A stretch of DNA of 42,610 nucleotides from Alkalispirochaeta sp. Its GTDB lineage: Bacteria; Spirochaetota; Spirochaetia; DSM-27196; Alkalispirochaetaceae. The position numbers and the translations under genes are program-made. The notes under the pieces were generated by a model that ran no database searches, had not been told where the DNA came from, and saw only the letters and a list, made by a program, of their open reading frames with translations. Of this stretch, positions 16,585-26,300 are shown in pieces. The DNA is taken from NCBI GenBank assembly GCA_046483765.1, contig JAWOCO010000383.1, positions 1-42,610 of the forward strand, written 5' to 3'. Every line of letters starts with the position of its first letter. Positions within the stretch are counted from its first letter, which is position 1.

Positions 16585-18351
16585 GTGGATGAACTAGCCC
16601 GCGCGTTGACCGACCGGGAGCGTCGGGCGCTTCTGGACCGCATCGCAAAAAGCCTCAGCATGGAGGATGAGAACCGCCGACGGATCATCCATGGAGAGAT
16701 CCGTCAGGAGCGGCGGGCGGAGCTGATCGCTACCGATATGCACCGGCTCAGTCCCTGGGAGAAACTGCAGCTATGGTTTAAGCGGCTTGTTTCAGGTCGT
16801 GGTGAAACGGATCTCTTCCTGCGGTTTCGGTTAGGCCAGGCCCGGGAGCGGGTGCGTACCGGCTCCCCGCACTACGTCGACTTTGAGAACCGGGCATTCC
16901 TGCCGGCGATGCCGGAGCGACTGCGGCCGTTGTGCCGCTCAAGTCTGGCTACGCGGGAGTTCTTTGATATCATCTGGAAGGACACGGAATCACTGCGACG
17001 GGTCCTGGACTATCTTCTGGCCCGACGAATCCCCGATGCGAAACGCAGTCTCAACCAGTTCTGTTCCACCCAGGAGATGCAGGAGGTTTTTCGCACCACC
17101 GAATCGCGAAATCAACTGAAACAACTGGTGCTGGACCGTGTCAGCGAATACGTTGAGCGTATTCCTCCCTCGGTGATGGAGGAGCTCGAAACGGGGTTGC
17201 GGCCGTTGTATCTGTTGAAGGATCTTGCGATTTACAATTTCGATGATTTTTTTGTGCAATTTCAGTCCTCCGAGAGCGAGGCGTGTTCCGAGGAAGAGGT
17301 GGAGTTTAAGCGGGCGGCCGCTCACCGCGTGCTGGATCGTTTGGAGGAGTTGTATCTGGCTCTCTATAGCGTGGGCCGGATTCACGGAGAGGTATCGATC
17401 TTCCCGGAGGTACTCAATTATTACTTCGCCGTGCGTGACGGGAAGATTGATCCCAGTAACCCGATCGATATTCCTGAGTCCGATGAGGTGCCGCAGCTGC
17501 GGGGAATGATTACCCGGGTGGTTCACGAAGCGCGCGCGGTCCGCGATGAAGTGCCCCTGGTGGATATCATACGATTCTTCCGGGACGATCCGTACTACCG
17601 GTTTCTCGCATACGTACCCAAATTGAAGCTCCGTGATTTCTACTATTCGAACCTCAAAATTGAGGTGCTTCAAGAGCTGGATCGCCGATTTCACGACTTG
17701 CGGATGGGTGTGCTGGGACAACTGATTCAGGAGACGTTTCCGCAGGGACTCCACCAATTCGAGTACTTCCATCCGGAGATCCAATCCGCAATTAAACGGG
17801 CTGGAGTGGGACAGTTGCTGGTGTACCGGTCGCTCCAGGTGATTCACACCTTCATCCAGTCGGTATACCGGGCGGGGTTCTTGGAGTTCCTTCGGATTAT
17901 CGGCAAATTGATGCCCGTGCGCGGGCGACAATCCGGGGTAGACCTGACGCTGAATATCGCCGGTTTTGACGATGTGTCGGAGCGGCTACGGAACTTTGAT
18001 CTGTCGTTTTCACCGGATTCCGATGATGGCAAGACGTTCTACCGCTTTCGCTACAGCAGTACCGATCGTGATTCCGCGCAGATCTCGGCGTTTAAGGCGC
18101 TGGTGAACCAGAAGGAGCGGGATGCCACGGTGATTATCGAGAAGTTCCAGGATCAGGTTACCGCGGTACAACAGACGTTCCAGCTGATTAAGAAAAGTTC
18201 CCACCAGCAGCTCAACGAACGATATCAGACGTTTGAGAGTACCCTAGCCGATGATCGCCCATTCGACACGCGATTGAACGGCGCCTTGCGCCTCCTGGAA
18301 AACACCAACAAGATTCTCAATCAAATGATCAGAATCGACCACGAAACGTAG
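16585..18351 (+). CDS. Conserved spirochete helical protein (DUF5312-like)
   Basis: GTG start 8 nt after thiN; N-terminus DELARALTDRERRALLDRI resembles the spirochete DUF5312 family from memory. Confidence 0.6.
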   Translation: MDELARALTDRERRALLDRIAKSLSMEDENRRRIIHGEIRQERRAELIATDMHRLSPWEKLQLWFKRLVSGRGETDLFLRFRLGQARERVRTGSPHYVDFENRAFLPAMPERLRPLCRSSLATREFFDIIWKDTESLRRVLDYLLARRIPDAKRSLNQFCSTQEMQEVFRTTESRNQLKQLVLDRVSEYVERIPPSVMEELETGLRPLYLLKDLAIYNFDDFFVQFQSSESEACSEEEVEFKRAAAHRVLDRLEELYLALYSVGRIHGEVSIFPEVLNYYFAVRDGKIDPSNPIDIPESDEVPQLRGMITRVVHEARAVRDEVPLVDIIRFFRDDPYYRFLAYVPKLKLRDFYYSNLKIEVLQELDRRFHDLRMGVLGQLIQETFPQGLHQFEYFHPEIQSAIKRAGVGQLLVYRSLQVIHTFIQSVYRAGFLEFLRIIGKLMPVRGRQSGVDLTLNIAGFDDVSERLRNFDLSFSPDSDDGKTFYRFRYSSTDRDSAQISAFKALVNQKERDATVIIEKFQDQVTAVQQTFQLIKKSSHQQLNERYQTFESTLADDRPFDTRLNGALRLLENTNKILNQMIRIDHET

Positions 18352-18371
18352 CGCCTCGCCGCTGGTCTGGA

Positions 18372-19211
18372 CTACTGAGCCGCCCGCTGGAGGTCAGTGA
18401 GATCCAACGGATCGGAATCGTTCTGGGCGGCGATTTCGAGGTAGTCCAGCAGTACCGGGTAGTCACTCAGGAGCTGCCCATACTGCTCGAGATTACCGAG
18501 GCGCTGGTCGCTGGTTGCCTGCGACTCAGCCAGATCTTGAGCAGCGGTAATCAGGGCCTCCCGGCGAGCTTCCTGAACGGCCATGTAGGTATCTCGCCCC
18601 TCGCGGTACAGCTCGATATCCGAAAGAGAGAGCTCGTTGACCACCACGGAGAGCAGTTCGATTTCCGGCCGCCGGTCCGCTAACTCTTCGGTGATCTCCT
18701 CAGCGACGTCGGCAGGATTCAGCGACCCGGAGGATTCCGCAAAGTTTTCGATCACCCGGGTAATAATCCTCAGGACCAGCCCCTCGAGCTGGTCGTCGGT
18801 GTCGGCGTACCAATCTTCCAGTCCCTGTGGTCTCAGGCCAGCCGGGGCGAGTTCGGTGAGTCCCTCGGCGGAGACACGGTAGGAAACCTGTAGATCGATA
18901 CGATCTTCCAAGGAGGGCTCCCCCTCAAGAAAACGGGAATAGAGATCAGCCGAGGGCAGGAGCGAACTGCTCTCAACCCGTACCTGCCTTGCTTCGTCGG
19001 GAAAGACGTAGAGAATAGCGTTGGTAGGAATGAGCAGCTCCCACGCCCAGGCGAATTCGCCCGCTTGGTACGGTTGAGCGTGCCACCCGGAGGTCTTGGT
19101 AAACATTACCGCCCGGGATCCCGCTTCGAGGCGGAGCGGAACGTAACCGAATCCAAACCCCGTTCCCGCGAGAATGATCAAGAGAAGCAGTATGACAATC
19201 GCCTTTTTCAC
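18372..19211 (-). CDS. Membrane-anchored protein, SPFH/band-7-like
   Basis: GTG after AAGGAAGG; N-terminal TM, then V..TKTSG...AGEFAW, DLQVSYRV and a C-terminal helical stretch. Confidence 0.6.
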   Translation of the reverse strand: MKKAIVILLLLIILAGTGFGFGYVPLRLEAGSRAVMFTKTSGWHAQPYQAGEFAWAWELLIPTNAILYVFPDEARQVRVESSSLLPSADLYSRFLEGEPSLEDRIDLQVSYRVSAEGLTELAPAGLRPQGLEDWYADTDDQLEGLVLRIITRVIENFAESSGSLNPADVAEEITEELADRRPEIELLSVVVNELSLSDIELYREGRDTYMAVQEARREALITAAQDLAESQATSDQRLGNLEQYGQLLSDYPVLLDYLEIAAQNDSDPLDLTDLQRAAQ

Positions 19212-19224
19212 GTCGTCCTTCCTT

Positions 19225-20109
19225 TCATTGCATGCCGATGCCGATGACCGCCGGCAGTTGGTCAAAAGCAGTGATCACCGCATCCGGAGTACGGCTGTAA
19301 AGCGCATCCATATCACCGCGGTGCCGGAGTGACCGGGAGTCTCCAGCAAACAGTATCGCTCGCAATCCCTGGTCCTGGGCAGTCACAATATCATTAAGCA
19401 TATCATTGCCGACGTAAAGCGTCTCCCCGGGACCGATCCCCTCGGATTGCAGCGCCATGAGCAAGTGGTGGAACGGCCGAGAAGCGGGCTTGGCTTCACC
19501 GATTTCATATGACCAGACACAGGGGTGCACGCGCATTTCTTCCAGGGATGTGCCGAAGAGCTCCTCCAGAATTATCGGAGTATAGAACTGTGCATTGGAG
19601 ACCAGCGCCACGCGAATGCCCTGGGCCACAAGGTCGCAAAGCAGCCGGTGCGCTCCCGGCATCGGCCAGACGGGATTGGCGGCCAGCTCATAGGTCAGGG
19701 CGATCTGTTCCGGTGGGAGATCGGTGTGGGGCTTCACGGTGGCCAGGACGTCGCGCCAGATCTCGCGAATATCCACCTCCGGGTTACGCACGCCACGGCG
19801 GCGAGCCAGATCGTGATACTCAGAGATAGCCCGATAGTAGGCCGCTGCCAAAGTGCTCTGAACGGTGCGGGGCAGCCCGAGGCGATCCGCAACTTCTGTA
19901 AAGGGTCCACCGCCGCGAGATGCCTCCCGGGCAGTTCCGATTTCGCCGGCGGCTGAAACCAGGAGTGTCCCGTAGACGTCAAAGGCAACGCAGCGAACCC
20001 CCGGCAATCGGTTGAGCTCCGGCGGGGTATCGGCGGGGATCGGTGCCATGGGCTTCATTTTTTCCCGGATTTCTCGGTTCATCTGTTGTCGGAGTACCGG
20101 AGTCACCAT
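19225..20109 (-). CDS. HAD-superfamily hydrolase
   Basis: FDVYGTL, VSNAQ, KP, YVGNDMLNDI. Start chosen from the upstream TTGATC-17-TACTAT promoter; the exact start is uncertain. Confidence 0.88.
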   Translation of the reverse strand: MVTPVLRQQMNREIREKMKPMAPIPADTPPELNRLPGVRCVAFDVYGTLLVSAAGEIGTAREASRGGGPFTEVADRLGLPRTVQSTLAAAYYRAISEYHDLARRRGVRNPEVDIREIWRDVLATVKPHTDLPPEQIALTYELAANPVWPMPGAHRLLCDLVAQGIRVALVSNAQFYTPIILEELFGTSLEEMRVHPCVWSYEIGEAKPASRPFHHLLMALQSEGIGPGETLYVGNDMLNDIVTAQDQGLRAILFAGDSRSLRHRGDMDALYSRTPDAVITAFDQLPAVIGIGMQ

Positions 20110-20136
20110 GTATACTCGCATAGTACGAAAGGTCCT

Positions 20137-20481
20137 ATGCAAGATCAAGGAAGCATAATTAGAGAAACAACTCGACTCATGGAACGCACAGTGATCCTGG
20201 TGTTTGGTGTGTCGTTACTCCTGGGGCTGATGTTCATCGCCGGAAACTATCAAAGTTTCGCTGATACGACGCAGCTGCAGCTGCTCCGCGTCCTGCAGGG
20301 GCTCTCCGGGGCGGTGACGCTGGGCGCCGTAGCTGTGGCGGTACTCATAGGTATCGATGCGATTCGCACGCGGGTTCTTCGTCCTTTGCTGCGGAGCGCG
20401 GTGTACCTCGCGGTGAGTGGCGTATCACTTGGCCTGGCAGTGGGCAGTTCCAGCTTGCTCGTGCTGTTTCGTCCCCTTTAG
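20137..20481 (+). CDS. Small membrane protein (about 3 TM helices)
   Basis: Three hydrophobic segments with GNYQSFADTTQ between TM1 and TM2. Confidence 0.7.
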   Translation: MQDQGSIIRETTRLMERTVILVFGVSLLLGLMFIAGNYQSFADTTQLQLLRVLQGLSGAVTLGAVAVAVLIGIDAIRTRVLRPLLRSAVYLAVSGVSLGLAVGSSSLLVLFRPL

Positions 20482-20492
20482 GTAGGTCTCCG

Positions 20493-21326
20493 GTGCAGGC
20501 GGGCGCGCAGAGAAGTGCGGTTGAACTGGGAAGGATGCAACAGGTTGCCAGCACGGTGCTGAGCTTCTTCCGGGATCTGCCGGCTGCCCGTTTTGAAGGC
20601 GTTCCCTCGATCCAGTTGGATCATTCCGTTCGGAGGTTTCTCGGGCGCCACGGATTGCAGAGTGCGCTGGAGGGGTACCGTGGGTATCCGGCCCATTGTA
20701 GTGTCAGTACGAATGATATCGCCGTCCACGGCATCCCGGGGGAAACCCCCATTTCCCGGGGAGATCTGTTTTCGCTCGATGTGGCCGCGGTAGGGGGCGG
20801 CTGGTTTACCGATATGGCGTGGAGTTACCTGATGCCCGGCGCATCCCGGAAGGCGGAGGATGAGTACGTTCGGGCGTGGCAGGCGTTCAGAGATCTGGTA
20901 TCGGAAATCGGCCCGGATATGAGTCTGGCGGATCTGGCGAGTACGGCGGAGGAAACGGCGAAAGGTCAGGGACTGGCCCCGATCCCCGAGTTTACCGGTC
21001 ACGGCATTGGTCGGAAGCTGCATGAGACACCGATCGTGCCGTTTACCTCGGCCGCCCTCACGGGAACGAGTCGGGCCGACGTGATCCGATTAGTTCCAGG
21101 TACGGTGATTAGCGTGGAGCCGGTGTATCGCCCACTTGTCGGGGGTGAGGCGGGTGTCATCCGTGATGACAACGGGTGGTCCTATCGTACGGGGGACGGG
21201 GCGCGGACGTACCATTTCGAACTCACCGTGGTGATTGGCCGGCACGGTTCCTCGATCTTACAGTGGGGCGGCATCCCTTCCGGAAGTTTGCCGCACCACC
21301 CCCCGTTCGGGAGGGTCGGCGTGTAG
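20493..21326 (+). CDS. map: Type I methionine aminopeptidase-like M24 peptidase
   Basis: SVSTNDIAVHGIP, GDLFSLDV..GWFTD, GHGIG..LHE.P, SVEP, HFE; metal ligands retained. Confidence 0.85.
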   Translation: MQAGAQRSAVELGRMQQVASTVLSFFRDLPAARFEGVPSIQLDHSVRRFLGRHGLQSALEGYRGYPAHCSVSTNDIAVHGIPGETPISRGDLFSLDVAAVGGGWFTDMAWSYLMPGASRKAEDEYVRAWQAFRDLVSEIGPDMSLADLASTAEETAKGQGLAPIPEFTGHGIGRKLHETPIVPFTSAALTGTSRADVIRLVPGTVISVEPVYRPLVGGEAGVIRDDNGWSYRTGDGARTYHFELTVVIGRHGSSILQWGGIPSGSLPHHPPFGRVGV

Positions 21327-21332
21327 CCGGCG

Positions 21333-21356
21333 GGCCGGGACAGAGGCCGGGACAAA
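21333..21356 (+). repeat. 12-bp direct repeat x2 upstream of the tRNA promoter
   Basis: GGCCGGGACAGA-GGCCGGGACAAA. Confidence 0.7.
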
Positions 21357-21399
21357 GGATTGACAACGCGTTCTGCTTTCCGGCACAGTACCGGAAATC

Positions 21400-21473
21400 G
21401 CCGCCTTAGCTCAGCTGGCCAGAGCACGTGACTTGTAATCTCGGGGTCGTCGGTTCGAATCCGACAGGCGGCT
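21400..21473 (+). tRNA. tRNA-Thr(TGT)
   Basis: Acceptor GCCGCCT/AGGCGGC, anticodon loop CTTGTAA, T arm GTCGG-TTCGAAT-CCGAC; no encoded CCA. Confidence 0.96.
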
Positions 21474-21475
21474 GG

Positions 21476-21505
21476 TTGACATGCGAGTAAGAGAAATGCT
21501 AATTT
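21476..21505 (+). promoter_or_regulatory. Separate sigma70-type promoter for tRNA-Tyr
   Basis: TTGACA(21476-21481)-18 nt-TAATTT with extended TG. Confidence 0.6.
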
Positions 21506-21518
21506 CCGGCTCGCTTTC

Positions 21519-21600
21519 GGGGAGTTTCCGGAGCGGTCAAACGGGGCAGACTGTAAATCTGTTGGCTACGCCTTCGCAGGTTCGAATCCTGCACTCCCCA
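21519..21600 (+). tRNA. tRNA-Tyr(GTA)
   Basis: Acceptor GGGGAGT/ACTCCCC, anticodon loop CTGTAAA, long variable arm, GGTTCGAATCC; no encoded CCA. Confidence 0.96.
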
Positions 21601-21601
21601 G

Positions 21602-21648
21602 AGTCCTTCATCAACAGCGGATCGCTGTCAGGTGGAGGACTTTTTTTT
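21602..21648 (+). terminator. Rho-independent terminator after the tRNAs
   Basis: AGTCCTTCATC/GGTGGAGGACT outer stem, ACAGCG-GAT-CGCTGT inner stem, then a T run. Confidence 0.85.
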
Positions 21649-21672
21649 AGGTAGTGTGCTATGATGGCGGTG

Positions 21673-22146
21673 ATGTCGACACCTGCCTTCTGGGACAGTG
21701 GACTGCGCTTCACATGCACGCAATGTTCCAAATGTTGCCGCCATGATAGTGGCTTTGTATTTCTCTCCGAAGACGACCTGGCGCAGCTGTGCGCGTATGT
21801 ACAGCTGGACCCCGCTGAGTTCATTGACCGGTACTGCCGGTGGGTCCCCTTTGGACCTGATGCCCACCTGTCGCTGACCGAGCAGGGCAACCGGGATTGT
21901 GTCTTCTGGAAGGATGGAGGCTGCTCAGTGTATGCGGCGCGGCCGTTGCAGTGTCGGACGTATCCCTTTTGGGGTACGATTGTGGATGAGGAATCTCACT
22001 GGGAAGAAGAGGCGCGGGAGTGTCCGGGGATCGGCATCGGCCGGGCTCGGAGTGCTGCCGAAATCGCGTCAGCCGTGACATCACGCAGGTTGCAGCCACC
22101 GCTGTTGCGGAGTTCGTATAACGAGAAACGCGGAGATACGAAATGA
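21673..22146 (+). CDS. YkgJ-family CxxCxxCC cysteine-cluster protein
   Basis: CTQCSKCC, CVF..GCSVY.ARPLQCRTYPFW, CPG; start may instead be 21661 or 21664. Confidence 0.9.
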   Translation: MSTPAFWDSGLRFTCTQCSKCCRHDSGFVFLSEDDLAQLCAYVQLDPAEFIDRYCRWVPFGPDAHLSLTEQGNRDCVFWKDGGCSVYAARPLQCRTYPFWGTIVDEESHWEEEARECPGIGIGRARSAAEIASAVTSRRLQPPLLRSSYNEKRGDTK

Positions 22147-23087
22147 AGTTCACTGTGTGGGGAGCACGCGGCTCGCACCCGATGCCGTTGTCGCCGGATG
22201 CGGTCCGCAGCAAGATTTCCACCGTCGTCCAACGGATCAGGCCCAGTGATCTGGCCACCCCCGCCAGCCGTGAGCGATTTCTTGCGTCGTTGCCGCAGTG
22301 GTTGTTTGGAACCAGTGGAGGAAATACTGCGTGTGTCCAGCTCGAACTGGACGACACCCGGCAGCTCATCTTTGACGCCGGCAGCGGAATCGTAAACTTG
22401 GCTTCGGCCCAGGCCCGGCGGGATCCGTCCCCCAGTGAGTACCATATCTTTTTCACGCACTTCCACTACGATCACGTGCAGGGGCTGCCGTTTTTCGGGC
22501 ATGCCTACAACCCGAACGTGACGATCCATTTCTACAGTCCTCTGGAGAACCTGCAGGAGATACTCTCACACCATATGCAGCATCCCTATTTTCCGATCAC
22601 CATGGAAGATAAGATGACGCCGAAGATGGTCTTTCACCACCTTACGGAGCCGGTGATGGAGCTCTTCGGTGCTACTATACGGTGGCGCGAGCTCAACCAT
22701 CCTGGTCGTGCGTTTGGGTATCGCGTGGACCACGGGGGCAAGTCGTTTGGATACGTGACCGATGTGGAACTCCAGGAACGAGACTTTGCCAAGAGCGCTG
22801 AGAACGCGCATTTCTTCTCCGGTTTGGACGTAATGATTCTGGATGCGCAGTATACGTTGGATGAGGCGATCGATAAGTACAACTGGGGACACTCGTCCTT
22901 TAGTCTGGGAGTCGACTTTGCGGTGGCCTGGGGAACGGACCGCCTCTTTCTGTTTCACCATGAACCGCAGTACTCTGATAAGAAGCTGGAGCAGAACGCC
23001 ACCTCCGCGCGCTGGTACGCGCACCGGGTGGGGGGAACGGATTTGTCCATTGACCTCGCCCGGGAGGGTGTGACGATCGATGTCTGA
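22143..23087 (+). CDS. Metallo-beta-lactamase-fold hydrolase
   Basis: WGARGS, GGNTAC, DAGSG, THFHYDHVQG (HxHxDH), HPG, TD, WGHS, FHHEP; ATGA overlap. Confidence 0.92.
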   Translation: MKFTVWGARGSHPMPLSPDAVRSKISTVVQRIRPSDLATPASRERFLASLPQWLFGTSGGNTACVQLELDDTRQLIFDAGSGIVNLASAQARRDPSPSEYHIFFTHFHYDHVQGLPFFGHAYNPNVTIHFYSPLENLQEILSHHMQHPYFPITMEDKMTPKMVFHHLTEPVMELFGATIRWRELNHPGRAFGYRVDHGGKSFGYVTDVELQERDFAKSAENAHFFSGLDVMILDAQYTLDEAIDKYNWGHSSFSLGVDFAVAWGTDRLFLFHHEPQYSDKKLEQNATSARWYAHRVGGTDLSIDLAREGVTIDV

Positions 23088-23271
23088 CGAGTCGATTGAT
23101 CGGGTTGAGCTTACCGAGTTGGAGGAAGCTGACCTGTACGTCATGCTGCGCCGCCACGATCGGGAGCTTACGGAACGCCTCGAAAGCGTCCGGGATCGCT
23201 TGGAGCGGTATCTGTACCAGCGGATGTCGATTGCCGAGATGGAAGCACTCGAGGCACGGATTGCGGAGTAA
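23080..23271 (+). CDS. Small acidic helical hypothetical protein
   Basis: Overlaps the MBL stop; SD GGAGGG; ERYLYQRMSIAEME. Confidence 0.7.
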   Translation: MSDESIDRVELTELEEADLYVMLRRHDRELTERLESVRDRLERYLYQRMSIAEMEALEARIAE

Positions 23272-23346
23272 CATGATATCAAAAGTGGAGCGGTTCCAAA
23301 GGTGAAAATGTCTCTGATTCGTGATATCTACCAGCATAGAAGGAAT

Positions 23347-26300
23347 ATGTTCACACCGGATCGCTCGCCTCGTATCCGTATCCTCGTCTCGCTGCTATTG
23401 GTGTTGAGCACTCCCGTCTTTGGTGAATCCGACCCGCTTTCGGCACTCCAAGGCTCACTCTGGTTCCCGCGGGGATTAGGTACTGCCCTGATTTCTCCCC
23501 GTTTGCGCGCCCACCCGGTGGGCGTCCTTGCGCTGCCGCACCTCTCATCGGATACACGGATCGCCGTGCTCGGTGGTTCCGCCGGAGGTGTTCCGGGAGA
23601 CGGCAGCGTGGGAGGTGCCTTTGGGCTCACCGTGCCGGGGCGGCGGATCGTATGGACCGGCGCTGCGGGAATCGCAGGAGATAGTGAGGGGACGCTGGGG
23701 CGTGGCACGCTGGCGCTGGCCCGTCCGCTGGGGGCGCGGCTGGCGGCAGGGGCCTCCGTAAGCCTGGCTGTAGCCGGTGGTGACGGGGATCTCGCCGTGG
23801 GTGGTGGAGTGGACCTGGGCGCTCGCTATCGGTTAGGCGCTTTGGGTGATTTCTCTCGGGTAGAGGCGCACGCGGCGCTGCTGAATATCGGTAATTCCGT
23901 CGCGCGCGATCCCTATGACGGGTTCAATTCCCCCTTTACCCCGCTGGTAGGTATGAGATCGCGGGTGGTGGACGGGACGGACGTAGATATAGACGCCGCC
24001 GCCACGCTCCGGCTGGAGCGCTTCCAGAGCCTCTGGGCCGGTGGTGCCGTGAATGTCCGTTTTTCCCGGGGATTGAACGTAGCAGTAGGGGTGGATCTGC
24101 CGCTGGACGGTCGCCGGATTCCGGTGTGGCCCGGAGTAAGCCTGAGCTTTCGGATACCCACCGGCACCGACCGGACCGATATCGCGGCGGCGGCGCAGCC
24201 CACCACCGATGGGTCCGTGCTGGTGTCGGGAGATTTCCTGACTTCCTTTCCTTCGAGTGACGTTGAATCGCCCCGCCTGGAAGTAGAAATGGTTTCCCCG
24301 GTAGCGCAGCCGGTACAACGGTACGGCGGATCGGGCGAAACCGGGTCTTCTGCCGGGGAAGTGGGCTTGAGCAGTGTGGGTCTTGCCCCGAGTGCCGGGC
24401 AGGAGCAGTTGGTGCTGCGCATTTTCGGTGAGGATAATCGCGCTATCGGGCGGCTCTCGGCGCAGGCGGTGTCTCCCAGTGGTGAGGTGCTCCGGGAGTG
24501 GAGCTTCGAGCCGGTGGGAGAACCGGTGATTGAGGGCGATATGGCCTCTCGGCTGACTTCGGATCTTGCTCACCGAAGTTTTGGAAGTACCGTGGTCTGG
24601 GATATCGGCGACGTCCCCCGGGATGGGCGATACCGGCTGCAGGTAGTAGCTGAAGACGCCGCCGGCAATCAGACGCGCTCTGCGGAGTTGGGCGTAGTTG
24701 TAGACCGAACAGCTCCCGACATTTCGGTAGAGGTTGCGCAGGATGGTGCGGATGCCGCGCCCGACGACGAGACCCCGATCGAACTGGATCCCGATTCGCC
24801 GATGACGGTGCGGGTGTTTTATGACGATGCGGAGCTGGTAGATGTCGACGTGGTGGACGAGGCCAATCGACCGGTGTTTCGCCTGGACGCGTATCCGGAC
24901 ATGGCCGGGGGAGATGCCCTGGAAGCGGAGTGGGCTGGTCAAAATGCGGTAGGTGAGCCTGTTCGGGACGGACTGTATCGGTTTCGCGTGCGCGGAGAAG
25001 ATGAGTACGGCAATAGCGTCACTACGTTCAGTCCCGAGGTTCTGGTTCGGCGTGCATCGCCGGTGTTTAGGATCGGTATTGATCGCGCCACGGTCTCCGC
25101 CCAGGGCGATGCTCCCGCGCTGCAGGCGATACCGGAATTGCGCCCGCTGCCGGGACTCCGGGAATGGACGATCGCTCTGGTGCGCGAGGATGATCTCGCC
25201 CCCAGTGACGTGGTACGCAGCTGGTCCGGCATCGATCTACCTCCCGCAACGCTTGCGTTGAGTGGTACCGACTTCCCCGTTGATGGGCGCTATTATCTCT
25301 CCGGGTCCGCGCGATACGCCAATGGAAGAGTGGTAGAAGAACGGACCTCGTCATTTCTTGTTGACCGCGTTCCTCCGGAGATCAATATCGGCCTGTCGGA
25401 TATCGCGTTGATGCCGACCGACAACCGCAGGTTGGTGGTGTTCGTGGAAGGCGATGGTACCGCCCGCGAGGGGCGTCTTAAGCTGCGCGGAGAGGATCTG
25501 CCGCAGGAAGCCGGCGAGGAAATCGTGCTCCAGCAGTTTGATCGCCTGCCGGATGAGTTCGAGTGGTCCCTGGTGCTTCCCGATGGAACGTTCCTGGAAC
25601 CGGGACTCTACGAACTGTGGCTTGAAGGTGAAGACCGTGCCGGCAATGTAGGGCGATCACCGGTGCGACGGTTTGAGCTCGTTCCCCGGCTGGAAGGCGC
25701 CGAAATCACTCCCCAGACCACGATCTTTAGCCCCGTTGCCGAGCGCGGCGACGCGACGGTGGCGTACGCCTTACGGGGTCCTGCCGATGCGGACCGGGGC
25801 GAGTTTACCGTAACCTTTCAATCCGGGAGCGCGACGCGCCGGATCTCCGGTTCCTTGCCGCTTCCGAGCCGGCTCAGGTGGGATGGGCGCGATGACCAGG
25901 GAGTGCCGTTTCCCGATGGAGAGGTGGCGGCGGATCTGGCCATCACCGTTCCAGACCGCGGCGAAATTGCCGCGGCAGCGGAGCCGATCGAAATTGATAC
26001 CACCCCCCCGGAAATTTTCTTGGAACGGATCGGTCCGGAATACGTATCTCCCGATGGGGACGGGGTGCAGGAGCAGGTGCGGCTTCGCGGTGAATACGGT
26101 GATGCCGTCAGAGGAAGTATCGTTGTTCGGGACGATGCCTCCGGTAGCGTGGTTCGGCGTATATCTCAGCCGATCACCCCCGAGGTTGCCGGCGGATCCG
26201 TGATGATTGACATCGAACCGCGCGCGGCGGACGGATCTGTACTCCCAGACGGGGAGTATCTCGTTGAGGCAGAGGCGGTGGACGCTGCCGGTAACCGAGC

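Noticed and set aside
21400-21660. tRNAs as an integration site for an island
   Set aside because: No integrase, no duplicated tRNA 3' end seen, and the flanking genes look like core genes.
23274-23328. Two TGATATC motifs upstream of the Ig/OmpA gene
   Set aside because: Too short to distinguish from chance, and no cognate regulator is nearby.
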